64,000 nucleotides of DNA from Anaerolineae bacterium (lineage in GTDB: Bacteria > Chloroflexota > Anaerolineae > B4-G1 > SLSP01), in assembly GCA_035373625.1 (NCBI GenBank), contig DAOSNS010000002.1:189301-253300 (forward strand), given 5' to 3'. Shown one piece after another: positions 20,205-30,420 of the stretch. Both the position numbers and the translations under genes were made by a program. Every line of letters begins with the position of its first letter. Position 1 is the stretch's first letter. The notes under the pieces are model-generated. The model searched no databases and had not been told where the DNA came from. It was given only the letters and a program-made list of their open reading frames with translations.

Positions 20205-21924
20205 CCGTAATGACTCTATTCTAGGAAGAAGTTTAATGGGAATACGGCAACGTATTTTATCGTTTTCTCGATTCTTAAAAATATTTGCCTTTTGGGCTAT
20301 GATGATTGCTCTATTACTCTTGTGTAGTCAAAAAGTAACCAACAATAGCCTTATGCTTTCTCTACTTAACTACACCCTGGGCAAAAGTAATAATCTATGT
20401 GCCTCGGAATTCGCAAAGGGGATATCTGCGTGGCCCATCCTGGGTGAGTTTATGAGCGAACAGGACGTAGCTACCTTATGGGTGACTGGACGGATTGCCC
20501 TGGCTTGTGATAATTCTCCAGCAGCGTATGAGGCTTTGTATCCTTTAACCGGGATAGTTGAGAATAACCCTTTGCTTTATCAAGATGTTGTTATTGCGTT
20601 AAGTGCAGGGAATGATTTTAAGACTCTAGAAGATACTTATCAACGTTTTCCTCCTCCTGTTCAGGCTGTTAGTGATACGCTGGCGTTGGCTTACATAAAC
20701 TATACGAAGGACTATGAAACTGCTTTGCGATTTCGTCCAGATGATTTGTTCGTGGCCTATCATTTGTGGCTTGAAGCGAAGGATAGGAGCGATTTTGTTC
20801 AGACTGGAGTCTATAGTGATGCCTTAAATCATTTTACTTCTTCAGCTATTTCTCCAGACAATTCATATTTGTTCGAGCATACGATTGATGTGGCTCCTAG
20901 CCTTTTCCAGGAGGGTATTTGGTCTCAGGATAAACTGAAGAATGTGGTCGGATTTTGGGTTTGGCAATATAGCAATATAGATAGTGTGGCCAAGCTGTTG
21001 GAAGATATGGTTTTGCTTTACCCTGGCGATCCAACCTGGAATTTTTACATGGCAGAATTGTATCATCGCCGTGGAGAATTAGTGTCCGCCATCGAGTTTT
21101 ATTCAAATACGCTTACTCTAGCGCCCAATTACTACTACATCCATTTCCGTTTAGGGATGGTTTATGAAGAAATGTCTTTGAAGCATATAGAGAATTCGGA
21201 AGCTCTCTTACTCAGTGCAATTGATCAATACAAATTGTATCATGAGAGTGCGCCTCGTGATCTGGTGGCTTTAGAGAGATTAGTCGAATTACAAAAAAAG
21301 ATAGGATACCCAAATAGTTCCTTTCAAACAGAGCTTGATTCATTAGTAAATCTCAAAGCGCTAGTGGCAGAGCAGCTTAATGTTTCGGAGCAGAAAGTGT
21401 TGATAGGCCCTAACCTGTTGCCCTCTGGAAGTTTTCTCGAGTCTGGAGAAATTGCTAACTGGTATATCTCCAAGATGTTCAATTCACCGCCATTCGGAGA
21501 AGCGTTATATGTAGTAGGAGTAGATATGTTAGGTGTGCCAGGAAAAAACTCTCTGGGACGGGTCATCGGTTTGTGGAAGCGCTCGCGACCTGATCAGAGT
21601 CTCCCTCGTGCTGGCTTTTGGGCCTGGAATCCCGAAGAAAGAGGTTACTGGCATCTAAGCGTTAAGCAAGGAGAAGTGTATGTAGTGAAGATACTGTATA
21701 GGTCTTTTGATGCTTTGGCCTCTTTTTGGTTATCTAGTGAAGCGGGTGCATTATCGAATATATCGGATTACTTCTTACCTTCTACCGGGGGGCAGTCTAC
21801 TTTGTTTGTTTATGTTTTTGAGTGTTTTAAGGATACAGATTTGTCCTTTTTATTGCGATATTGGGGGGAAGGGGAAGTTTACTTCTACGACGTTAGCTTA
21901 CAAAAGGTCGACGTCAGTTTTTAG
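20173..21924 (+). CDS. Hypothetical membrane-anchored protein with TPR-like repeats
   Basis: 583 aa. N-terminal TM ('IFAFWAMMIALLLL'). TPR-like 'AELYHRRGELVSAIEFYSNTLTLAPNYYYIHFRLGMVYEEM'. AT-rich codon usage. Confidence 0.4.
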   Translation: MSMARVKENFSRNDSILGRSLMGIRQRILSFSRFLKIFAFWAMMIALLLLCSQKVTNNSLMLSLLNYTLGKSNNLCASEFAKGISAWPILGEFMSEQDVATLWVTGRIALACDNSPAAYEALYPLTGIVENNPLLYQDVVIALSAGNDFKTLEDTYQRFPPPVQAVSDTLALAYINYTKDYETALRFRPDDLFVAYHLWLEAKDRSDFVQTGVYSDALNHFTSSAISPDNSYLFEHTIDVAPSLFQEGIWSQDKLKNVVGFWVWQYSNIDSVAKLLEDMVLLYPGDPTWNFYMAELYHRRGELVSAIEFYSNTLTLAPNYYYIHFRLGMVYEEMSLKHIENSEALLLSAIDQYKLYHESAPRDLVALERLVELQKKIGYPNSSFQTELDSLVNLKALVAEQLNVSEQKVLIGPNLLPSGSFLESGEIANWYISKMFNSPPFGEALYVVGVDMLGVPGKNSLGRVIGLWKRSRPDQSLPRAGFWAWNPEERGYWHLSVKQGEVYVVKILYRSFDALASFWLSSEAGALSNISDYFLPSTGGQSTLFVYVFECFKDTDLSFLLRYWGEGEVYFYDVSLQKVDVSF

Positions 21925-21968
21925 ATCGTTCATTTCATTTAACCATTTATTAGTATTCTAGTGGTAGA

Positions 21969-23357
21969 GTGATATTTTATGAGGGAATAATGGAAATGGC
22001 AATTAACGTTGAATATATTTTTTTAGCTATATGGTACCTATTGTTCGCCGTCGGGGGAAGTTATTACCTGTACCGTTCTATCATCAGCCCTTTAGGAATT
22101 TTTGGGAGTGTTTATGTTAGTGTTTTTGCGTTACTGGCGATTCCCCTCGTTGATTATCGTCCTATAGGTCCAGAAACTTTTGCGTTGTTACTTCTCATTG
22201 GCTTTGTCTTTTCCGTCAGTTATGTTATTGTCGTCCGCGTCTTCCGTAAACCTCTTAGAAAGTCTGCATTAGCGAAACAAATACGATGGGATTTATCCGC
22301 TTTTCGCACCGTTTTATTGGCCTCGAATGTTTGTTCATCTATAGGAATCTTACTGCAAGTCTATTTCTTTGTACGTTTTTTCGGCGGCTTTGGCAATTAT
22401 TTCAATAATTTGAGTAGTGTCTATGCAATGCGACTATCAGAAGAGATACTTATTTCTTCCTGGATTGCCTATATGGGGAACATAGGATATGCTGCTGTTT
22501 TTGTGGCGGGTCAAACTTTAGCCATAAAAGGCAAACTCCTAAAACAACGCATGGTCTGTTGGTCTATTTTGAATGTCCTTTTATTGGGTATTTTAACTAT
22601 GGGAAGAGCAGCAATTCTTTGGGGTGGGCTATTTTTTGTAATTGGCTATCTAACAATGCTGGTCTCATATCGTGGGAAAGCGGGAGGCAAACTGATCCTG
22701 AAAAACAAACTGGCCATTGTTCTTCTGGGGGGGGGGGTGTTTGCCTTTGTTAATTACCTTCGTCAGGTTCGTGGAAAGGGAGATAACTTTTGGTCTACAA
22801 TTGCACCATTAAGTGCTTACATTAATTTACCTTACATTGGGCGCGATAGTTTTTTTTGGAATACCTTGGTGTCTAATTACGTATACCTTACCGGTCCTAT
22901 ACCGACCCTTGGGTATGTTATGGACCATCCTGACAATGTTGATTGGTTTTTGCGTTTACTCGCGCCCTTTGCTCGTGTTATTGGGAAAGATATTGTTCGC
23001 TATAGTGAGTTCTTAGCTATCCCTTTTGCGTTCAATGCGCGTTCTGCAATCGGTGAGCTGTATCTGGCCTTCGGTTTTTGGGGCACGCTGTTTATCTTTT
23101 TATTCGTGGGGGCTATTTCTGCCTTTTTGTACGAGAAGTTAAAGGCCGGCACTATACATTTTAATCAATTAGTTTTGTTATCCTGGTTGCTGATTTGGCT
23201 CGCATGGTCAGTTTTCTTCAGTTTAACCCGACAAGGATTTTTCTGGATTTCTGCATTTTGGCTCCTGGGATGCAATTTTGCTACAAGCTTGGCGAAGGTG
23301 CGAACTTCAATAAATACCCTTTCTTGTCAAACATTAGTGCAGAAAAATCAGTCTTAA
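21969..23357 (+). CDS. Polytopic membrane protein, putative Wzy-like repeat-unit polymerase
   Basis: 462 aa, about 10-12 TM segments, in a Wzx/GT context. No sharp motif. Assigned by topology and context. Confidence 0.45.
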   Translation: MIFYEGIMEMAINVEYIFLAIWYLLFAVGGSYYLYRSIISPLGIFGSVYVSVFALLAIPLVDYRPIGPETFALLLLIGFVFSVSYVIVVRVFRKPLRKSALAKQIRWDLSAFRTVLLASNVCSSIGILLQVYFFVRFFGGFGNYFNNLSSVYAMRLSEEILISSWIAYMGNIGYAAVFVAGQTLAIKGKLLKQRMVCWSILNVLLLGILTMGRAAILWGGLFFVIGYLTMLVSYRGKAGGKLILKNKLAIVLLGGGVFAFVNYLRQVRGKGDNFWSTIAPLSAYINLPYIGRDSFFWNTLVSNYVYLTGPIPTLGYVMDHPDNVDWFLRLLAPFARVIGKDIVRYSEFLAIPFAFNARSAIGELYLAFGFWGTLFIFLFVGAISAFLYEKLKAGTIHFNQLVLLSWLLIWLAWSVFFSLTRQGFFWISAFWLLGCNFATSLAKVRTSINTLSCQTLVQKNQS

Positions 23358-23388
23358 ATGCATAGGATGATAAGTCTCTTTCTCGACC

Positions 23389-24327
23389 TTGGGAATTTCA
23401 TACGAGATGAGTAGTTTATCTGTAGTAGTTCTAAGTTACAACAGTTTGGAATTACTTAAGCAATGCGTTCTCAACTTGTTGACGCTTACTAATTCCCCTG
23501 AAATTATCCTGGTTGACAATGGTTCGAGTGATGGTAGCGCTGAGTGGATAAAATCACAGACCAACTCGCAACTCTCTTCATATATTCTCGACCATAATCT
23601 GGGGTTTGCTGCTGGATGTAATGTGGGTATTCGGCAGAGTTCTGGTGATTATGTCTTGCTTCTAAATACGGATGCCTTTTTGACTTCAGATTCTTTAAAT
23701 TGCTTGATTCGGTATTTAGAAATTCACCCAAACGTTGGCATTGTGGGGCCACAACTTCTATATGCCGACGGTATGTGGCAAAGAAGCAGTGGGGCGGTTC
23801 CATCTGTCAGATCGGCCATATTGGAGGCATTGGGTATTACATCTTTACATCATTTACTTCTGGCTTGGTCCTGGCCTATTACTCGCAATTGGTGGCGTCC
23901 ACACGAGGTTGGATATGTGGATGGCGCGTGTATGTTGATTCGACGCGCCGTGATTGACGAAATCGGTTTACTAGATGAAAGCTTCTTCTTTTTTGTGGAA
24001 GATGCTGAATTTTGTCACCGGGCGCGGGAACATGGATGGCTGACGCATTATGTTCCCCAAAGCCGGGTGATACATTTGCGCGGCGGGAGTTCCTCCCAAA
24101 AGGACTTTCAGAAATCCGCATTAATGCAGTTAGCTTCAAGGAAACTTTTCATTGAAAGAGTGTATGGGAATAAAAGTTGGAAGAAGCTGACTTTTTGGGG
24201 CGCCCTTAATTATTGGATGCGCTATCACCTTTGCCGAGTCCTGGCAAAAAACTCCGCAAAATGCGAGAAATATCAATTTCTCAATGAGATTTATTGGAAA
24301 GAGTATTTGACCTCCAAAGCAGGATGA
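23389..24327 (+). CDS. Family 2 glycosyltransferase
   Basis: 'VVVLSYNSLELLKQCV...IILVDNGSSDGS' and 'FFFVEDAEFCHRA' (DxD / ED motifs). Confidence 0.8.
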   Translation: MGISYEMSSLSVVVLSYNSLELLKQCVLNLLTLTNSPEIILVDNGSSDGSAEWIKSQTNSQLSSYILDHNLGFAAGCNVGIRQSSGDYVLLLNTDAFLTSDSLNCLIRYLEIHPNVGIVGPQLLYADGMWQRSSGAVPSVRSAILEALGITSLHHLLLAWSWPITRNWWRPHEVGYVDGACMLIRRAVIDEIGLLDESFFFFVEDAEFCHRAREHGWLTHYVPQSRVIHLRGGSSSQKDFQKSALMQLASRKLFIERVYGNKSWKKLTFWGALNYWMRYHLCRVLAKNSAKCEKYQFLNEIYWKEYLTSKAG

Positions 24328-24351
24328 AATCATTGGGGCTGAGGTAATTCT

Positions 24352-25563
24352 ATGACTTCAGAAATTCTATTCCTGGCTTGGGAAAGTCCGTGGCCTGCGT
24401 TTGGCGGCGGCCCGATGCGCATGCTAGGATTGCTCAAAGAGCTCAGTAAAACATACCCGGTGCATCTGATGGTGGTCTCCGCAAAACCGTTGTCTGCAGA
24501 GCAAGAGACCGAGCTTCGAAACTATGCCATTTCAATCACACGTGTTCCTTTGGCCAGTGCTACGTTAAGCGACAAACTGCGCATCGCGGCATCTATGGTT
24601 ACCCGGCGGATGCCCTATCATTGTGCACTGCTTGCCCTTTCTTTCCGCCGCGCGCCTGATAAGTTAAAGGAAATCCATGCCTTTCCAGGTGTGGTTTATG
24701 CTAATTATGGTCATTGGGGAACGTTGGTTCGAGGGCGACAGGCTAGGAATTGGATCCTTGATCAGCAGAACGCGGATGTTGATTTCTGGCGGGTTTATGC
24801 AACACAAGCGACCAGTGTGTGGCTCAAGTTGGTTGCTTTGCTTAACTGGCGGCTGGCGGAGGCGCATTTTCCGCGTATCTATTCCAGTGTAGGGTGCGTT
24901 GTCTCTGTGTGCGAGGCCGACCGGCAATTAACATTGGATTTGGCGCCTCAAGCGCAGGTCGTGGTGATTGAAAATGGCGTGGATTGCGCCTATTACGTTC
25001 CAGACCGCGCGTCGCGTTCCGTCCCACCACGATTGTTGTTCACCGGCACCTCTGCGCCGCGCAATGTGCTGGCGCTGCGCCAGTTTGTGCGCGGCGTGTG
25101 GCCGCTTGTGCAACGAAAGCTGCCGGATACCGAGCTGTTGGTAGCAGGAAATTTCAAGCCAGAAGCACAGGTCGAGTTCAAACAATACAACAATATTCGC
25201 TTTACCGGACGGGTAGACGATATACGTCCATATTTCAACCAAAGTGATGTGTTTATTGCGCCATTTGAGGAAACGCATGGCTCCAAGCTAAAAATTGCTG
25301 AAGCGATGGCGATGGGGATGGCGATTGTCTCAACGCCGGAAGGCGTTCGGGGATTTGCGCTTGTGGATGGGGAATCGGTTTTGATTGCTCACAATAAAGA
25401 AGAGTTTGCTACACAGGTGATAGCTTTGCTGGAAGATCCGGCGCGACAGGCTCGTTTGGGTATGGCGGCACGTGAGATAGCATTGTCTACTATAGATTGG
25501 AAGGTATTGGGGCAGCGTTTGATTGCTATTGTTGAAGCAACGCGAGGTTGTTTCTCGATTTAA
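24352..25563 (+). CDS. Family 4 (GT-B) glycosyltransferase
   Basis: C-terminal 'FIAPFEETHGSKLKIAEAMAMGMAIVST' matches the GT4 E-x7-E region. Confidence 0.75.
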   Translation: MTSEILFLAWESPWPAFGGGPMRMLGLLKELSKTYPVHLMVVSAKPLSAEQETELRNYAISITRVPLASATLSDKLRIAASMVTRRMPYHCALLALSFRRAPDKLKEIHAFPGVVYANYGHWGTLVRGRQARNWILDQQNADVDFWRVYATQATSVWLKLVALLNWRLAEAHFPRIYSSVGCVVSVCEADRQLTLDLAPQAQVVVIENGVDCAYYVPDRASRSVPPRLLFTGTSAPRNVLALRQFVRGVWPLVQRKLPDTELLVAGNFKPEAQVEFKQYNNIRFTGRVDDIRPYFNQSDVFIAPFEETHGSKLKIAEAMAMGMAIVSTPEGVRGFALVDGESVLIAHNKEEFATQVIALLEDPARQARLGMAAREIALSTIDWKVLGQRLIAIVEATRGCFSI

Positions 25564-27845
25564 TGGTGGAGGTAAGCTTGCAGGCTCTCTATAATGCGGG
25601 GATTGTGGTTACCGGGTTTCTATGGGGATTGTTGGCTACTTCGCAAAATCCTATTGCTCTTACGGGTGTCATATCACCGCAGCTCACAATTGCCGGTGGT
25701 CAAACGATAGTTGCCAGCCCTTTAGTTACTGTCACCATTGATCCCGGGGATTTTACGCCTGTTGAGATGGCCTTTAGTCATGATGAGAGTCCCTTTTCCT
25801 CTTGGGAACCCTTTCAGTCAGCCCGAATTTGGCCCATGAGTGATCCGGAAACCGCGTATCAGGCCTATTTGATGACTCTGAACGAAGGCAGAGCGTTTTG
25901 TGATTGGGATAACGAATTTGGCTCGTTGGCTTGGGGTGAAAGTTATATCCTAGATAGTCTGCTTGATATGTATGAAGTGACCAAAAAGACCATCTATCTG
26001 CAAAAATTTAGCGAGCATGCCGATGCGGTTATTTCCCAAGGGGACGACAACGCAAACCGTCCCGACTATCGAGGTTTGTTATTGCCGGGTTGGAGCGCTT
26101 CCAGCTATTTAACGTTAGCCGACACTATGTACAGAGACACATCAGGACAACCGGGTCTCCTTGTAAGTGGACGCTCGAGTTTGCGGCAAAATCAAGTATC
26201 GGTGCGATTGACAGAAACGACTACAATAACCGGCACGTTGTGGCAATTGGACGTGCATCGCAGTTTGGCTGGGCGTGCCGGAATTGTGTTTTCCGATACG
26301 ACGCTACTTTTAAATGAGCCAAATTGGAATTTCAAAACCTGGCCTAGTGCCTTCAATCCTGGGGATGCTGTAGTTTATGATATTTATTATCCCTGGTTTT
26401 ATGTTTCCGAAATTCGTTTATATGGTGTTAATGGAAATGACGTGCAAGCCAATGACTTTGAACTTTATGTGGCTATGTACGACGCTCAGGGAGAATATAC
26501 CTCCATCGTGACATTTACTTTGCAGACTTTGGTTGATTACGGGCAATCCGTTATCGCGTTTCGTGACTTTAGACAGCAAGGACGCTATTGGAAAGTGCGT
26601 TACGTAGGAGATGCGCCGTTACAGCTTGCTCCAGAATCAGGCGTGTTGATACGATTGTATGAAGACCCCTCACCGCCGCGTTCAGAACGGTTTAACGCGC
26701 CTGATTGGGAAGTTTTGGCGGCCCAGGTCGGGCGAAATTCTGCATTGGTAAAACTGCAAAGCATCGGAATGCAGCGTTCGTTGGATTTGACTGGGGATTG
26801 GCAGTTTTTGACCCCGCAACGTTATCGTATGGCTTTACACACAGGGATGATAGCTTTTCCTCTGTTGCGTTTCGCGCTTCTGATAGAGAATGAAAACCTT
26901 GCCGAATGGCGGATCAAAGCGCAATCGTATTTGGAGTATGCTCGCTCCGCCGTTAATAGCCATCAAGATGAATGGCGGAGTATTTCGACGACTAGAGGAT
27001 TTTATGTTTTTCGGGAAGATGCGCCGGTATGGGCTAATGGCGTGAACTTGCCATTCAATCAACAAGCAGTGATGGGAAAAAGTCTATTGCTATTATATGA
27101 CCTAACGGGTGAGGAAACCTATCGCATTCAGGCTATGCAAATAGCTCAAGTTTTACGAGATGGTATGATTTATGATATTGAGACAGACTCCTATAAGTGG
27201 CACTACTGGTTTGGAGAAGGGTACGATGGTTGGAAAAATGTCGAAGGACGGTTTATACCGACTTACGGGGGATACAAAAGCGCTGAAAGTATCACCTACG
27301 CCTCTATAGATATTGATTTCGTGTTGCTTGCTCATCGCCATGGGATAGTTTTCTCTGTTTATGATATTGTTCGCCTGTCCAATACTTTTCTGCGCCATCT
27401 GACGACTGCTGATGGGCGATTGTGCTTTAGGGTGGACGATCAAGTTATAGAGGGAAGTTGTAGTAATTATTATGTCGATAATCCATTGAAGGTCACCGAG
27501 TACCTTGGGTTAACCGAAGTGGTTCCTGCCGTTTACCAGCGTATGGAGATGGTCCGACCTTTCTCTACCGCCCTCGGTAGTGTGGGTAGCGGTCGTAAAC
27601 CCTATTTCCTGTCGCAAACCCTTTACCATGCCCAATGGCGTTTAACGCCTCGGTCAGGGCAGCATAAAATTTGCGTGCAATTGCAAGATGCGCAGGGATT
27701 CATAAGTGGGCCGTGGTGTGATGAAGTTGTTTTGACGATTACGCCCAATGGTTGTCCATTGTTCAGGTCTTTAACGAGTGCTCTGGGGTGTGGTGAAATC
27801 ACGTTCAATTTGTACCAGTATTATCTGCCCATTATTGTGCGTTAA
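25563..27845 (+). CDS. Large hypothetical protein (about 760 aa) in the glycan cassette; function unknown, possibly a glycan-modifying or degrading enzyme
   Basis: Long uninterrupted ORF with AT-rich codon usage matching its neighbours. Start overlaps the upstream stop (TAATG). No motif recognised. Confidence 0.35.
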   Translation: MVEVSLQALYNAGIVVTGFLWGLLATSQNPIALTGVISPQLTIAGGQTIVASPLVTVTIDPGDFTPVEMAFSHDESPFSSWEPFQSARIWPMSDPETAYQAYLMTLNEGRAFCDWDNEFGSLAWGESYILDSLLDMYEVTKKTIYLQKFSEHADAVISQGDDNANRPDYRGLLLPGWSASSYLTLADTMYRDTSGQPGLLVSGRSSLRQNQVSVRLTETTTITGTLWQLDVHRSLAGRAGIVFSDTTLLLNEPNWNFKTWPSAFNPGDAVVYDIYYPWFYVSEIRLYGVNGNDVQANDFELYVAMYDAQGEYTSIVTFTLQTLVDYGQSVIAFRDFRQQGRYWKVRYVGDAPLQLAPESGVLIRLYEDPSPPRSERFNAPDWEVLAAQVGRNSALVKLQSIGMQRSLDLTGDWQFLTPQRYRMALHTGMIAFPLLRFALLIENENLAEWRIKAQSYLEYARSAVNSHQDEWRSISTTRGFYVFREDAPVWANGVNLPFNQQAVMGKSLLLLYDLTGEETYRIQAMQIAQVLRDGMIYDIETDSYKWHYWFGEGYDGWKNVEGRFIPTYGGYKSAESITYASIDIDFVLLAHRHGIVFSVYDIVRLSNTFLRHLTTADGRLCFRVDDQVIEGSCSNYYVDNPLKVTEYLGLTEVVPAVYQRMEMVRPFSTALGSVGSGRKPYFLSQTLYHAQWRLTPRSGQHKICVQLQDAQGFISGPWCDEVVLTITPNGCPLFRSLTSALGCGEITFNLYQYYLPIIVR

Positions 27846-27948
27846 TATGCCTTTATGCAATGAACGAGCATAACTATCCCGAAGTATACGGCTAGAGCAA
27901 GTGAGCTTGATGATCAAAGACGGGCCGAGACGTTGAGGTTGTAAATCA

Positions 27949-29178
27949 ATGCAGATTCTCTATTTGCATCAATACTTTAATACCCCCCAAGACTCCGGCG
28001 GCACCCGCTCCTACGAAATGGCGCGGCGATTGGTGGCGTATGGCCATCATGTGGACATGATTACGTCGCAGCGTGCCATCCAAGATGACGCAGGACATGG
28101 CTGGCTGGAAACTGAGGAAAGCGGCATCCACGTACATTGGCTGCCTGTGCCATACTCCAATGAAATGTCCTACTCGCAAAGGATTGGCGCGTTCTTCAAA
28201 TTTGCCATTGGCGCGGCGCGTAAAGCAGCTTCCCTGAAAGCCGATGTCGTGTTTGCCACCAGCACGCCACTGACCATCGCATTACCCGGCATCTATGCCG
28301 CGCGCCGGCAAAGGATTCCGTTTGTCTTCGAAGTGCGCGACCTGTGGCCGGAACTCCCGATTGCCGTGGGGGCGCTGCGCAATCCGGTGCTCAAGTGGGC
28401 AGCGCGTTGGTTGGAATGGATGGCCTATCACGCTTCCGCACACATCGTCGCGCTCTCGCCGGGAATGGCCGAGGGGGTGATGCGGCGCGGCATCCCGGCT
28501 TCGCGCGTGACCGTGATTCCCAACAGTTGTGATGTGGCAATGTTTGACGTTCCTCAAGATCGCGGGAAAACTATACGTCAAAAGTTAGGACTTGCGTCGG
28601 AGCAGCCTTTGATTGTGTATACCGGCACCTTCGGTCTGATCAACGGCGTGGGGTATCTGGTCAGAGTTGCTGCAGTGATGCGGACTATCGCGCCGGATGT
28701 TCGTTTCTTGCTGGTTGGCAGTGGGGCGGAACTGGAAAAAGTCACGCAGCAGGCGCACGACCTGGGTGTTTTAGGTAAGAACCTGTGGATTTGGTCCTCT
28801 CTTCCTAAAATTGAAATACCCGATGTGCTGGCCGCGGCGACTATAGCCACCTCGGTGTTTGTGCCTCTAAAGCCGATGTGGAATAACTCCGCTAACAAAT
28901 TCTTCGACGCGTTGGCTGCGCGCAAACCGATCGCCATTAACTACGGCGGTTGGCAAGCTGACCTGTTGCAAGAAACCGGAGCGGGAATCGTGTTGCCGCC
29001 GGATGATATTGACCAGGCTGCGCGGTTGCTGGCTGATTTCGCACGCGATACAGCGCATCTGCATAAAGCCTCTCTCGCCGCGCGGGAATTGGCCTACACC
29101 CGCTTCGCGCGCGACACGCTGGCTTCACAACTGGAAGCCGTGCTGCGCAGTGTGGTGGATCGAGCCAGGAGTACATAA
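27949..29178 (+). CDS. GT4 glycosyltransferase, WbuB-like
   Basis: 'MQILYLHQYFNTPQDSGGTRSYEMARRLVAYGHHVDMIT' is the characteristic WbuB-type N-terminus. Confidence 0.75.
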   Translation: MQILYLHQYFNTPQDSGGTRSYEMARRLVAYGHHVDMITSQRAIQDDAGHGWLETEESGIHVHWLPVPYSNEMSYSQRIGAFFKFAIGAARKAASLKADVVFATSTPLTIALPGIYAARRQRIPFVFEVRDLWPELPIAVGALRNPVLKWAARWLEWMAYHASAHIVALSPGMAEGVMRRGIPASRVTVIPNSCDVAMFDVPQDRGKTIRQKLGLASEQPLIVYTGTFGLINGVGYLVRVAAVMRTIAPDVRFLLVGSGAELEKVTQQAHDLGVLGKNLWIWSSLPKIEIPDVLAAATIATSVFVPLKPMWNNSANKFFDALAARKPIAINYGGWQADLLQETGAGIVLPPDDIDQAARLLADFARDTAHLHKASLAARELAYTRFARDTLASQLEAVLRSVVDRARST

Positions 29179-29795
29179 TGTATCGTCGTTGGGTTAAACG
29201 ATTCTTTGATCTGGGAATAGCGCTTCCGGCTTTATTGCTGCTCTCCCCAATCATGATCGGAATCGCTATTCTGGTGCGCCTCAAACTCGGTGCCCCTGTC
29301 CTCTTCCGCCAGCAGCGCCCCGGCCTGCACGGCAAGCCTTTCACACTCTACAAGTTCCGCACCATGACCGATGCCCGCGACGCCGAAGGGAATTTGCTGC
29401 CCGACGCCGATCGCTTGACCCCCTTTGGCCGCTTCCTGCGCTCCACCAGCCTCGATGAGCTGCCGGAACTCTTCAATGTGCTCAAAGGTGACATGAGCCT
29501 GGTGGGACCGAGGCCATTGTTGATGGAGTATCTCCCCTTATATTCACCAGAACAGATGCGCCGCCACGAAGTTAAGCCGGGGATTACGGGGTGGGCGCAG
29601 ATCAATGGCCGCAATGCCTTGACGTGGGAAGAAAAATTTGCACTGGATATCTGGTATGTAGAACATTACAATTGGTGGATGGATCTAAAAATCTTGTGGT
29701 GTACTTTGCTTAAAGTCGTGGCCCGTGAAGGCATCAACGCAGATGGACACATAACTATGCCTAAATTTACTGGGACGGCAAACGCGATAAAATGA
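29178..29795 (+). CDS. Bacterial sugar transferase, the initiating phosphoglycosyltransferase (PglC/WbaP-C-terminal-domain-like)
   Basis: 205 aa. 'RFFDLGIALPALLLLSPIMIGIAILVRL...PVLFRQQRPGLHGKPFTLYKFRTM...DELPQLFNVLKGDMSLVGPRP' is the canonical Bac_transf motif set. Confidence 0.85.
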   Translation: MYRRWVKRFFDLGIALPALLLLSPIMIGIAILVRLKLGAPVLFRQQRPGLHGKPFTLYKFRTMTDARDAEGNLLPDADRLTPFGRFLRSTSLDELPELFNVLKGDMSLVGPRPLLMEYLPLYSPEQMRRHEVKPGITGWAQINGRNALTWEEKFALDIWYVEHYNWWMDLKILWCTLLKVVAREGINADGHITMPKFTGTANAIK

Positions 29796-30409
29796 CGATT
29801 AGAGTACCGGTTCATGTTCTCGGTGGTGGTGGGCATGCGAAGGTAGTGATTAGCACGCTCCTCGCGGCAGGTTTTGAGATCGCTGCAGTTTACGATGATG
29901 CTGCGGCTAAATGGGGGCAGATGTGTCTGGGTTTTCGCATCTGTGGGCCGTTCTCGACACTGCCTACCGCTGCCCCTATTGCGGCGGTGGCTGCTGTGGG
30001 CGATAATCGTACCCGTCAAGCCATTGTGGAACAATTCAAAAATATACAGTGGGTTACGGTGATACATCCACGCGCTTGGGTACATTCTTCGGTGATCATA
30101 GGAGGAGGGACTGTGGTGTTTGCTGGTGCAGTGATTCAACCCGAAACATACATTGGAGAACATTGTATTATCAACACCGGTGCAACGGTAGACCATGAAT
30201 GTCGGATCGGTGATTATGTTCACGTTGCACCTGGTGTACATCTTGCCGGAAATGTGAACGTTCATAATGGGGCCTTATTAGGAATTGGCAGTGTTGTACT
30301 TCCTGGCGTAGATGTTGGTGATTGGACGACTGTTGGGGCAGGGGGAGTTGTTATTCATGATTTGCCGGGTCATAGTAAAGCGATAGGTGTCCCGGCCAAA
30401 GTTAAGTAA
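29792..30409 (+). CDS. Hexapeptide-repeat sugar N-acetyltransferase (PglD/NeuD-like)
   Basis: 205 aa. 'VHVLGGGGHAKVV' Rossmann-like N-terminus plus a left-handed beta-helix repeat region ('IGDYVHVAPGVHLAGNVNV'). Confidence 0.75.
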   Translation: MTIRVPVHVLGGGGHAKVVISTLLAAGFEIAAVYDDAAAKWGQMCLGFRICGPFSTLPTAAPIAAVAAVGDNRTRQAIVEQFKNIQWVTVIHPRAWVHSSVIIGGGTVVFAGAVIQPETYIGEHCIINTGATVDHECRIGDYVHVAPGVHLAGNVNVHNGALLGIGSVVLPGVDVGDWTTVGAGGVVIHDLPGHSKAIGVPAKVK

Positions 30410-30420
30410 GGAGTAATGGC

